A DNA stretch of 64,000 nt, taken from positions 21,305,309-21,369,308 of the forward strand of contig NC_092379.1 of NCBI RefSeq assembly GCF_030028105.1, given 5' to 3'. Numbering within the stretch: position 1 is the stretch's first letter; the number at the start of each line of letters is the position of its first letter. Both the position numbers and the translations under genes were made by a program. This document shows, piece by piece, positions 34,900-47,300 of this stretch. Source of the DNA: Mobula birostris. Its lineage: Eukaryota. Under the pieces are notes generated by a model. It was given only the letters and a program-made list of their open reading frames with translations. It ran no database searches and was not told where the DNA came from.

Positions 34900-37490
34900 T
34901 GTGCAGTTAAATATCTGTCTGTCTGGGCAGATGTTTTGCATCTGTTGTGAAGTGGGACTAATATCCTCACGGGCAGGTTTGCTAATGCTGCATGGTGGGG
35001 ATGGGGGCTGGTTAAACTAGAGTTGCAGGGGATGGGAACCAGAGTGTCAGGACAGGTAGTGGAGAGGTTGTGGAGACAGATGTCAGGAATTAAACGGTTG
35101 AGCATGGTGTGAGTAATATTCTGAGCTGCGTATATTTCAAAGCAAGTATTATTGTAGGAAAGGCAAATGAGCTCATGTCATAGATCAACATATAGAATTT
35201 GATACTGTAGACATTAGTGAGACTTGGTTGCAGGAGGGGCAGGACTGGCAGCTCAATATTCCAGGATTCCATTGTTTTAGACACGTCAGTGCAGGAGGGA
35301 TTAAAGGGGGAGGGATGGCGTTACTAGTCAGGGAAATTGTCACAGCAGTGATCAGTCAGGATTGACTTGAGAACTCCTCTCGTTAGGCTTTATGGGTGGA
35401 AATCAGGAATAAGAAATGTATTACCACGTTAATGGGGCTATATTATAAACCACCCAACAGTCTGCAGAAGTTAGAGGAACAAATTTGGAGGGAGATCACA
35501 GACTGCTGCAAAAAACATAAGATTGTGATAGTAGGTCATTTCAACTTTCCGCATATTGACTCGGACTCCCATTCTATAAAAGGGATGGATCTTGTGAAAT
35601 GTACATAGGAAAGTTTCCGTAATCGGTACGGAGAAGTCCCAATGAGAGTATGTGGAGTACTTGATGCCTTTTTACTTGAGACAGGGCAGCTGACAGAAGA
35701 TTGTGTAAGGGAACACTTTGCATCTACTGATCAAAATGCAACTAGTTTCAAAAAAATATGGAAAAAGATGAATCTGGTTCACAGGTCCAGATTCTAAATT
35801 GGAGAAAGGCCAATTTTGATGGTATCAGAAAGGATCTGGCAAGTGTGAATTGGGATAGGCTGTTTACTGGCAAAGGTGTTCTTGGTAAGTGGGAAGCCTT
35901 CAAAAGTGAAATTTTGAGAGCACATTGCTTGTATGTGCCTGTCAGAATCAAAGGCAATGATGACGGGTTTAGGGAGCCTTGGTCTTCAAGAGATATTGAG
36001 GCCCTGGCTAAGAAGGAAAAGGAAGTGCTCAGCAGGGCCAGGCAGATAGGAACAAATGAGGTACTTATGGGGTATAAAAAATGCAAGAAAACATCTGAGA
36101 AAGAAATAAGAAGAGCTAAAAGAATGGACGAGGTTGCCCTAGCAGGCAAAGTGAAGGAGAATCCTAAGGGATTCAACAGATATGTCAAGATGAGGCAGTA
36201 AATTTGATTGGACATTGGGTTTGTGGGAGAAGCCAGAGCTTCTCGTAGATGGTTGCTTCTCTGATTGGAGGCCTGTGACTAGTGGAGTTTCGCAGGACTT
36301 GGTGCTGGGTTCATTGTTGTTTGTCATCTGAATCAATGATCTAGATGATAATATAGTTAACTGGATCAGCAAATCTGTAATTGACACCAAGACTGGGGGG
36401 TGGAGTGGACAGCAAGGAAGACTATCTGAGCTTGCAGTGGGATCTGGACCAGATGGTAAAATGGCAGATGGAATTTAATGCAGGCATGTGTGAGGTGTTT
36501 CACTTTGGTAGGACCAACCAGAGTAGGTCTTACACAGTGAATGATAGGACACTGAGGAGTGCAGTAGAACAAAGGTCCATAATTCTTTGAAAATGGGAGC
36601 ACAGGTAGACAGGATCATAAAGAAAACTTTTGGCACATTGGTCTTCATAAATCAAAGGACTGAGTACAGGAGATGGGAACTTATCTTAAAGTTGTATAAG
36701 ACATTCGTAAGACCTAATTTGGAGTACAGTGTGCAGTTACTAACCTACAGGAAAGATATAAATAAGCTTGAAAGAGTACAGAGAAAGTTTGAAAGGATTC
36801 TACCAGGACTGGAGAAACTGTGTAACAAGAAAAGATTACATTAGTTAGGACATTATTCCTTGGAATGTAGAAGATTGAGGGGAGATTTGATGGAGGTATA
36901 CAAAATTATCAGGGATATAGATAGGGTAAATGCAATCAGGCTTTTTCCACTGAGGTTGGGAGGAACACCGACTAGAGATCGTGGGTTAAAGGTGAAAGGT
37001 GAAATGTTGAAGGGGAACATGAGGTAAACTTCTTCACTCAGAGATTTGTGAGAGCGTGGAATGGGCTGCCAGAGCAAGTGGTGCTCGCAAGCTTGATTTC
37101 AATGTTTAAGAGAAGTTTGGATGGTTACACGGATGGGAGGGGTATGCAGGGCGATGGGCTGGGTGCAGGTCAATGGGACTTGGCAGTTTAAATGGCTCGG
37201 CACAAACTAGATGGGCTGAAAGGCCTGTCTCTGGGCTGTACTTCTTTGTGACTCGATGGGCAGAACAATGGCAGATGGAATTTAAGTGTGATCTGTTGCA
37301 ATTGGCCTTCACAAATCTAGGTATTGTGTACAGGAGATTGGATGTAATGTTGAAGTTGTATAAGACATTCCTGAGGCTCAATTTGGAGTGTAGGTACATG
37401 AATGGGAGGGGTATGAATGGTGATGGTCTGGGTGCAAGTCAATGGGACTTGGCAGTTTAAATACTAGATGGGCCAAAGGGCCTGTATCTG
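34900..37490 (+). mobile_element. Degenerate CR1 LINE fragments
   Basis: Endonuclease-type SETWLQ and GHFNFPHID; RT C-terminal LYKTFVRPNLEYSVQ; duplicated 3' ends at ~37130-37235 and ~37400-37490. Confidence 0.8.
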
Positions 37491-38888
37491 TTTCTGAAGT
37501 GACTGTCAGACAGTGACCGAGGCCAGACTGTCAGTGTCTGCATTGCTTGGAGTTGAGAAGAATCCGGGATTTCTGGACTCAAACATTTCAGATACAAAAG
37601 GGGCACAAGAGGGTTGATGTTGAGAGATTGTCACCTGTCAGAGAGTAAAAAACAAGGGGACATAGTTACGAAATAAGGCGCCGGACATTTGAAACTGAGG
37701 TGCAGAGAAATTTCTTCTCTCAGAGGGAGCTAATCCCCAGAAATCTCAGCCCAGAGCATGGAATCTGGTGGTCTACTCTTTCTCCTGTTTTCTTTTCTTC
37801 CTGTGAGTTCAGTGGAGACAGAGACAGAGAGAATTGCAAGAAGAGACAAAGGATGAGATCAGAACTATGCAAATAAAGAAACAGTGTGTGAATGTTTGAA
37901 GAGAGGACAATCTGAGTGACTAAAGCAGAGACAGACAGACTCAGAAAGAGACATAGGGAGGCCTTCAAAGGAATCATTGGTGTCGGTGCCCTTCGAACAG
38001 GACCTCACCCTCAGTGTGTCTCAACAAAATCACCCTTACTCTATGCAGGACACAGAACATGTTATGTGATCCATGACGTGCCTAACATTTTGCTGAACTC
38101 CAAAAGACCACAAGACCATAAGACATAGGAGCAGAATTAGGCCATCTGGCCCATCAAGTCTGCTCCATCATTCAATCATGGCTGATCATTTTTTTTCTCC
38201 TCTTCAACCCTAACTCTCGTTCTTCTCCCCGTAACCTTTGATGCCATGTCCAATTAAGAATTTATCAATCTCTGCCTTAAATACACCCAACAATTTGGCC
38301 TCCACAGCTGCATGTGTCAACAAAGTCAACAAATTCACCACACCTTGACTAAAGAAGTTTTTCCACATGTTTCTGTTTTGAAAGGGCGCCCCTCTATCCT
38401 GAGGCTGTGCCCTCTTGTCCTAGACTTTCCCACCATGGGAAATATCCTTTCCACATCTACTCTGTCTAGGTGTTTCAACATTCAAAAGGTTTCAATGAGA
38501 TTCCCCTCATCCTTCTGAAATGCAGTGAGTACAGACCCAGAGCTCGTATGATAACCCTTTCATTCTTGGAATCATCCTTGTGAACCTCCACTAGACCCTC
38601 TCCAAGCCCAGCACATCTTTGCTAACTTGAGGGGCCCAAAACTGCTCACAATACTCAAGGTGAGGCCTCACTAGTACCTTATAAAGCCTCAGCATCACAT
38701 TCTTGCTCTTGTATTCTTGTACTCCTCACACACAGTTTGTGCTCAAGCGACTGGAACCCTGACACCAGTTCTGATTCAGTGTAAAGTGTTTTGTCTTTCT
38801 CACTTGAGTCAAACACAGCAGCTTTATTGTTGGGTCAGAGATTAGACGTTATTTCCCGATGGTGACTGAGAACACATGTTCCTCCCAG

Positions 38889-39013
38889 GTCGTCCCAATG
38901 AGAGGATTAGTGTGTGTAAGTGTCAGTGTTACCAATCAAAGATGAATAGAGGAAATACAAAAACTTATCATTGTGAGTATTCCACAATGCTGGTGTGTTT
39001 AGAGAGACAGTAA
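38889..39013 (+). CDS. Candidate second Cys-rich terminal exon (xRPNERISVCKCQCYQSKMNRGNTKTYHCEYSTMLVCLERQ*)
   Basis: Acceptor TTCCTCCCAG|GT, phase-1 frame open to TAA 39011-39013, motif similarity to the 25791 tail. Unproven. Confidence 0.35.
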
Positions 39014-39084
39014 TTCATAAGTACAGACGTGAGGTGTGGTTGGTGATTTTGAGTCCATGGTGACCAACCTCTTTGACCAGAATC

Positions 39085-40790
39085 AGAATTAGCTTTAATA
39101 TCACTGTCATTTGTCATTAAATTTGGTGTTTTGCTGCAGCAGTACATTGCAATACTTAATAATAAAAAGCAATAAATTCCTATATGAAGTAAATATAAAA
39201 AATAAATTAAATAAGTAGTGCAAAACGAGAAGAAAAAATGGTGAGGTAATGTTCATGGCTTCATTGTCCATTTAGGAGGGGAAAAAGCTGTTCCTCAAAT
39301 GTTGTTTGTGTCTTCAGGCTCTTGTACCTCCTGCTTGAAAGTGGCAATGAGAAGGGGGCAGGTCCTTGGCGGTGGGAGACCTTAATGACGAATGCTGCCT
39401 TCTCGAGCCATCGCCTGTTGAAGGTGTCATTGATACTGGGGAAGTTGGTGTCCATGATGGAGCTGGCTGAGTTTACAACTTCCTGCAGCTTTTCCCGATG
39501 GTAATGCAGTCGGAATACTCTCCATGGTACATCTATAGAAATCTGTGATAGTCTTTAGCAACATACCCAGACTACTCAAACTCCAATTAAAATATAGCCA
39601 CTGCCATGCCTTCTTTGTTATTGCATCAATAAGTTGGACCCAGGATAGATGTTCGGAAATATTGACACCCAGGAACTTGAAACTGCTCACCCTTTCCACT
39701 GCTGATCCCACAATGAAGACTGACGTGTGTTCCCACAACCTCCCCTTCCTGAAGTCTACAATCAATTGCTTCATCTTACTGACGTTGAATGCAAGGATAC
39801 TATTGCGATACCATTTACCCAGCTGCTCTATCCTGCTCTTGTATGCCTCCTCATCACCCTGAAATTCTGCCCACAATAGTTCATCAGCAAGTTTATAAAC
39901 GCCACTTGAGTTGCACTAAGCCACACAGTCGTGGGTGCAGAGAGAGTAGAGCAGTGGGCTAAGCACACATCCTTGAGGTGCTCCAGTGTTGATTGTCAGT
40001 GAGGAGGAGATGCTCATTCAGATCCACACTGACTGTGGTCTCCCGGTGAGGATGTCAAGGATCCAGTTGTGGAGGGAGGTCGAGAGGCCCAGGTTTTGGA
40101 GTTTGTTGATTTGAACTGAGGTTATGATTGTGTTGAACACTGAGCTGTAATCAGTAAACAACATCCTGACGTTCAGCAGGTATTGTTATTGTCCAGGTGA
40201 TCCAAGGTCGAGTGGAGAGCCAGTCAGATTCCATCTGCTGTAGACCTATTGTGGCAACAGGCAAATTGCAGGGGTCCAGGTTCTTGCTTAAGCAGGAGTT
40301 GATTCTGGTCGTGACCAACCTCTCAAAGCATTTCCTCACAGTAGATGTGGGTGCAACTGAGCAATAGTCATTGAGACAGCTCACCCTGCTCTTCTTGGGC
40401 GCTGGTATGATTCTCACTCTTTTGAAACAGATGGGAACCTCTGACTGCAGCAGTGAGATATTGAAGATGTTCCTGAACACTCCCACCAGTTGGTTGCACA
40501 GGTTTTCAATTCCGTACCAGGCACAGCATCAGGGCCTGATTCAGTGTGAGGATTCACCCTCTTGAAAGCTGCTCTGACGTTGGCATCCGAGACAGAGATG
40601 ACAGGATCACCAGACACTGCAGGGATTTACCCACATGTAGTTTCATTCTCCCTTTCAAAGTGCGCTTAAATGGCGTTGAGCTCATCTGGGAATGAAGCAT
40701 CACTGCCATTCATGTTGTTTGGTTTCACCTTGTAGGAAGTAATGGCCTGAAAAGTCTGCCAGAGCTGAAGGGGATCTGATTCCGTCTCTA
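39085..40790 (-). mobile_element. Rex1-like LINE RT fragment
   Basis: VFRNIFNISLLQSEVPICFK..IIPAPKK..CLNDY (ORF 40151..40486); SFKFLGVNISEHLSW (ORF 39427..39876). Confidence 0.85.
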
Positions 40791-41220
40791 AGTTCAATTG
40801 GAATTGTTCAAGGGTTCATTTATTATCAAAGCCTGTATCCACATACAACTTGAAATTTGTGTTCTCCAGATAGCCACGAAAACAAGAAAGAATATGAAAG
40901 TCATTCAGAGAGAAACATGAAACTCACCCCATCCCCCCACTGACAAAAATGGCATCCCAATCATCAATCCCCCCCCGATACCCCCCTTCACAAAACGGAA
41001 CAGTAACACCGACCCCACAAAACAACCCCTCCCCCACACAAAAAGCTAACAGAACACCGACCCCCAAACACCCTCCCCTCACACTACAAAACAGAAAAGG
41101 AATGGGCGATAAAAACACAGAATATAAGTCTGAAAATGTCCACAGTCCATAAACACAACAGGCCAATCCGTAAACACAGAAACACAATACCATCTCCGAT
41201 ATCACCGACATTTATTGAAA

Positions 41221-41245
41221 GAGAAGAAGAAGAAGAAGAAGAAGA
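41221..41245 (+). repeat. (GAA)n microsatellite
   Basis: GAGAAGAAGAAGAAGAAGAAGAAGA read directly. Confidence 0.9.
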
Positions 41246-41374
41246 ATATCTTTATTGTCATTGTTGTGGAGCAATGAAACACAGTTTAGAAGATCAACGT
41301 TTTGCAGCATGACAAAGAATATATACATAAAATAAACTCTGAAACCTCAGGAGTGCAGTCCAAAATTAATAATA

Positions 41375-44300
41375 TATGATTTGACATATGATTTATGCTC
41401 CTGTGAAACTCCTTCTAATGATTTCCTGTATTAAAGCCACACTATAAATTCAAGTGGTTGCTTTTGGGTAAAATTTTCCAGTTATGTTTTAGATTAGATT
41501 AGATTTTGCATTGCAGAACAACCATGTCCACAAATGAGCCACAAAAGTTCTTTATGATGAACGGGGGTTGAATCCCAAGGACATCACATTTCTATTAGAA
41601 TGTGCAAGAGCACAGAAAATAAAATCAGAAAACAGTGAGACAGCCAGCATCTGGGAAAAAAAAACCATTAACCATTTGTGATTCAGATCTGCATTCCCCT
41701 TCAGATTGTAGTGGGGTCACACTTACTTCTTTTGATGGTTAGTCCAGGGAACACTTACAAGGGCTTCCGTACTCGGTCTGTACTGTTTCCTGTACAGATA
41801 GAAAGATACAGCACAGAAACAGGCCCATCATCCCACTAAGTCTGTACTAACCATTAACCACTGAGTCTACATTAACCATTAACCACTGAGTCTACAGTAA
41901 CCATTAACCACCTGGCCTATAATTTCCTTTCTTCTGCCTCCGTCCCATCTTAAAAAGTGGAGTGATATTTGCAATTTTTCAGTCCTCTGGAACCATTTCA
42001 GAATCTAGTGATTGTTGAAAGATCATTACTAATGCCTCCATAGTCTCTTCAGCTACCTCGTTCAGAGCCCTGAGGTGTCCCCCATCTGGTCCAGGTGACT
42101 TAACTACCTTCAGACTTTTCAGCACCCTAAGCACCTTCTCCTTAGTAATAGAAATGACACTCATTTCTGCCCCCTGACACGCTTGCGTTTATGGCATTTT
42201 GCTGTGAAGACTGACACAAAATATTTACTAAATTCATGTGCCATTTCTTTGTCCCACATTGCTACCTCTCCAACATAATTTTCCAGTGGTCCATTAGCCG
42301 CACTGGTCTCTCATTTACTTGATATATATCTGTAAAAAATCTTTTGGCATCTTCTTTTATATTATTGGCTATCTTACCTTTGTTACGTAACCGGCAACAA
42401 TGAATGTCAATCGAAACAGGTTATATAAAAACAACCAAACATTTATTAAACACGTATAAACGATAAGGAAACAAAAACAAATGAAAACTTTAACTGGAAG
42501 TTAACCGTTATGCAGCCATTCACCAATTTGTCACTCAGCTCTGGTTCTTAAAGCGTTAAATGTGAAAACAGTTCTTAAAGCAATACGGTCAGATATAGTT
42601 CTTAAAGCGATAAATTCGGAAGTCCAACAGAATTATATGTTCAATTGGGAGAGACTTCTCTGGAGAAGGATTTCTTCATAGACACGACTTTCCTGCTGGT
42701 TCTGCCCACAGGATTCATGATGCCGAAAATAAACAGCTTAAATCAACTGACTTTAAATTCTTTTAGAGAGAGAGCAAACCGTTGCATGAACTCCTTGTTC
42801 TTTTTGGCAAGAATTATCTCCGATGCAGGTAGCTACTCCTCCAATGAAGCCTCAATAAGGTCAATCCTTTATTAAAACTGCCAAACGATGCCGACTTCGC
42901 TCGATCCTTCGGTCCTGTACTTCAATAAATTCTTCACTCTCCCTTCTACTGTTGGAATTGGGTAAATCAACACATCTAGCCAAAAATTTCCAGTCCAATA
43001 ATATGGTATCTTGCAATAGAACGCACACTCTATTTTAAAAATGAAACTGCGTCACAAAAACAAACACCCAACAAAAACGGAGATACAGTACGTTCTACCT
43101 GGAAATCTACAGACTAAAAACCAACTGCGTCACCTGGGTCGACCCTTATATAGTCATGGTGCACATGTCATCACATGAGCTCACATCGGCGGGAATATCA
43201 CATCAGGTGACTTCCAAAAGACCATTACATCATTCTCACAAAAAAAAACACAGATTTCCTTGAGCATGTAACACCTTCCTATTTCATCTCTTCACTCTTT
43301 ATGTCTTTTTTTAATTGCCTTCAAGTTAAGTTCGAGTTTATTATCATTCAGCCAGACGTGAATGCCCATCAATACAGACAAACAATGCAGTGTTTCTCCG
43401 GGGCCAAGGTGCAAAACGCTGCACCAACAGTCATACACAGCACAAACTACATATAGCAGTTACCAGATAGCAAACCTTCTGTTGGATTTTGCTATATTAT
43501 ATGCCCTCTCTTTTTCTTTGTGCAGTCTTTGATATCTTTTGATAGCTATGGTTGTTTCATACTCCCTTCGGAATACTTCTTCATCTTTGGGATGCATCTT
43601 TCCTATGCCTTCCAAAGTTCTCCCAGAAACTCCAGCCTTTGCAGTTCTGCCATCATCCCTGTATCTGACCTCTTCCAATCTACTGTGGCCAGCCCCTCTC
43701 TCATGCATCTGTAATTCCCTTTACTCCACTGTAATACTGATACATCCGATTTTAGTTTCTCCTTCTCAAACTGTAGGGTGAATTTTGTTATATTATGATC
43801 ACTTGATCCTGTGGGTTCCTTTACCTTAAGCTTGCAAATCAAATCTGGTTCATTACCCTACACCCAATCCAGAATTACTGTTCCACTGTTGCACTCAACG
43901 ACAAGCTGCTCTAAAAACAACCTCATAGGCATTCTACAAATTTCTTCTCTTGGGATCCAGCGCCAACCTCATTTTCCCAATCTATCTACATATTGAGATC
44001 CCCACAACTTTTGTAACTTCTCCCTTTTTACATTCCTTTCCTATCTCCCATTGTAATTTGTAGCCCTCATCCTGGCTACTGTTCAGAGGCCTGTGTATAA
44101 CTTCCATCAGGATTTTTTTTATTAAACTCTTGCAGTTTCTTAACTCTGCCTAAAATGATACTACATCTTCTGATACTATATCACCTCTTTCTAAGGATTT
44201 GATTTCACTTTTTACCAACAGAAGCTCCTCATCCCCTCTGCTTACCCGCCTATGCTTTCAATACTATGTGCATCTTTGGATGTTAAGCTCCCAGCTATGA

Positions 44301-45661
44301 TCTTCTTTCAGCCACGACTCAGTGATGCTCACAATGTATTACCTGCTAATCTCTAACTTCACTACAAGACCTTATTCCATATACTGTGTGCATTCCAATA
44401 TTACACCTTCAGTCCTGTATTCATCACTCTTTTTGATTTTGGCCCCCTGGTACACTTGAACTCATTCACATAACTTCAACTTTGCCTATCATCTGCCTGT
44501 CCTTTCCTCTCAGCCTCACTACACACCACATCTAGTTTTAGACCAGCTGCCCCATCCTCAACCTTATCACTCTGGTTACAATCCCCCTGCCAAAATAGTT
44601 CTAATCCTCCCAAACAGCTCTAGCAATCCTGCCTGTAAGGGAATTGGTCCCCGGCGTGTTCAGATATAACCTGTCCTTTTGTACAGGTCATACATTCCCC
44701 AGAAGAGATCAAAATGGTCCAGAAATCTGAAACACTGCCCCTGCACCAATTCTTCTGCCACACAATCAACTGTCAAGTCATCTTATTCTTACCCTCACTG
44801 GTGCATGGCGCAAACAGCAATCGAGAGGTTACTACGCTGGAGGTCCAATTCTTCAGCTTTCCATCTAACTCCCTATATTCTGTCTTCAGGACCTCCTCTC
44901 TTTCCCTGCTTATGTCACTGATACCAATATACACCACATCTTCCAGCTGATTGCTCTTCCCCTTTAGAATGTTCCTGACCTGATCCGAGACATCCCTGAC
45001 CTTGGCACCTGTGAAGCAACATACTATCTAGGTGTCTCTTTCACATCCATAGAATCTGCTGTCTGCTCCTCTGATTATGGAATCCACTATCACAATTTAA
45101 CTCCTCTTCTACACCCCTGCCTTCCCTTCTGAGCCACTGGGACAGAATCAGTGCTAGAAACCAGGTTTCTGTGTCTGCCCCAAGTTCTCCCCTTCAACTC
45201 TATCCAAAGCAATAAACTTATTATTGAGGTGAATGGTCACAGAGGTACTCTGAACTGTCTGCCTATTCCCTTTCCCTCTCCTGACCATCACCCAGGAACC
45301 TGCCTCCTGTAAGCCAGAAAAAGTAGCTCACCTGAGGACTGGGAGAAATTCAGAGTTCAGCAGAGGAGGACAGAGGGCTTAGTTAGGAAGGGGAAAAAAG
45401 ATTATGAGAGAAAACTGGCAGGGAACATAGAAGCGGACTGTAAAAGCTTTTATAGATATGTAAAAAGGAAAAGTTTGGTTAAGACAAATGTAGGTCCCTT
45501 ACAGACAGAAACAGGTGAATTGATTATGGGGAGCAAGGACATGGCAGACCAATTGAATAATTACTTTGGTTCTGTCTTCACTAAGGAGGACATAAATAAT
45601 CTTCCGGAAATAGTAGGGGACAGAGGGTCCAGTGAGATGGAGGAACTGAGGGAAATACATG
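41375..45661. repeat. Right arm of inverted segmental duplication (partner 1-4264); may extend further right
   Basis: Reverse complement of 1-4264, including the same solo LTR (42381-43273) with the same TSD and flanks. Confidence 0.95.
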
Positions 45662-47300
45662 TTAGTAGGGAAGTGGTGTTAGGTAAATTGAAGGGATTAA
45701 AGGCGGATAAATTCCCAGGGCCAGATGGTCTGCATCCCAGAGTGCTTAAGGAAGTAGCCCAAGAAATAGTGGATGCACTAGTGATAATTTTTCAAACCTC
45801 TTTAGATTCTGGACTAGTTCCTGAGGATTGGAGGGTGGCTAATGTAACCCCACTTTTTAAAAAAGGAGGGAGAGGGAAACCAGGGAATTATAGACTGGTT
45901 AGCCTAACATCGGTGGTGGGGAAACTGCTACAGTCAGTTATCAAAGATGTGATAACAGCACATTTGGAAAGCGGTGAAATCATCGGACAAAGTCGGCATG
46001 GATTTGTGAAAGGAAAATCATGTCTGACGAATCTCATAGAATTTTTTGAGGATGTAACTAGTAGAGTGGATAGGGGAGAACCAGTGGATGTGGTATATTT
46101 GGATTTTCAAAAGGATTTTGACAAGGTCCCACACAGGAGATTAGTGTGCAAACTTAAAGCACACGGTATTGGGGGTAAGGTATTGATGTGGATAGAGAAT
46201 TGGTTGGCAGACAGGAAGCAAAGAGTGGGAATAAACGGGACCTTTTCAGAATGGCAGGCAGTGACTAGTGGGGTACTGCAAGGCTCAGTGCTGGGACCCC
46301 AGTTGCTTACAATATATATTAATGACCCTGGATGAGGGAATTAAATGCAGCATCTCCAAGTTTGCGGATGACACGAAGCTGGGCGGCAGTGTTAGCTGTG
46401 AGGAGGATGCTAAGAGGATGCAGGGTGACTTGGATAGGTTAGGTGAGTGGGCAAATTCATGGCAGATGCAATTTAATGTGGATAAATGTGAAGTTATCCA
46501 CTTTGGTGGCAAAAGCAGGAAAACAGATTATTATCTGAATGGTGGCCAATTAGGAAAAGGGGAGGTGCAGTGAGACCTGGGTGTCATTATACACCAGTCA
46601 TTGAAAGTGTGCATGCAGGTACAGCAGGCGGTGAAAAGGGCGAATGGTATGCTGGCATTTATAGCAAGAGGATTCAAGTACAGGAGCAGGGAGGTACTAC
46701 TGCAGTTGTAAAAGGCCTTGGTGAGACCACACCTGGAGTATTGTGTGCAGATTTGGTCCCCTAATCTGAGGAAAGACATCCTTGCCATAGAGGGAGTACA
46801 AAGAAGGTTCACCAGATTGATTCCTGGGATGGCAGGACTTTCATATGATGAAAAACTGGATTGGCTAGGCTTATACTCATTGGAATTTAGAAGATTGAGG
46901 GGGGATCTGATTGAAACGTATAACATCCAAAAGGGATTGGACAGGCTAGATGCAGGAAGATTTTTCCCGATGCTGGGGAAGTCCAGAACGAGGGGTCACA
47001 GTTAGAGGATAAAGAGGAAGCCTTTTAGGACCGAGATTAGGAAAAACTTCTTCACACAGAAAGTGGTGAATCTGTGGAATTCTCTGCCACAGGAAACAGT
47101 TGAGGCCAGTTCATTGGCTATATTTAAGAGGGAGTTAGATATGGCCCTTGTGGCTAAAGGGATCGGGGTGTATGGAGGGAAGGCTGGTACAGGGTTCTGA
47201 GTTGGATGATCAGCCATGATCATACTGAATGGCGGTGCAGGCTCGAAGGGCCGAATGGCCTACTCCTGCACCTATTTTCTATGTTTCTGTGTTTCTACAC
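45330..47300 (+). mobile_element. Relatively young CR1 LINE, RT through 3' tail
   Basis: ORFs 45475..46335, 46268..46573, 46718..47005 with few disruptions; FADDTKLGG; ends CCTATTTTCTATGTTTCTGTGTTTCT. Confidence 0.92.

Noticed and set aside
37758-37802. Leader-like mini-exon MESGGLLFLLFSFLP|GTGAGT
   Set aside because: Phase 0 rather than phase 1, directly follows CR1-derived sequence, and no V exon follows.
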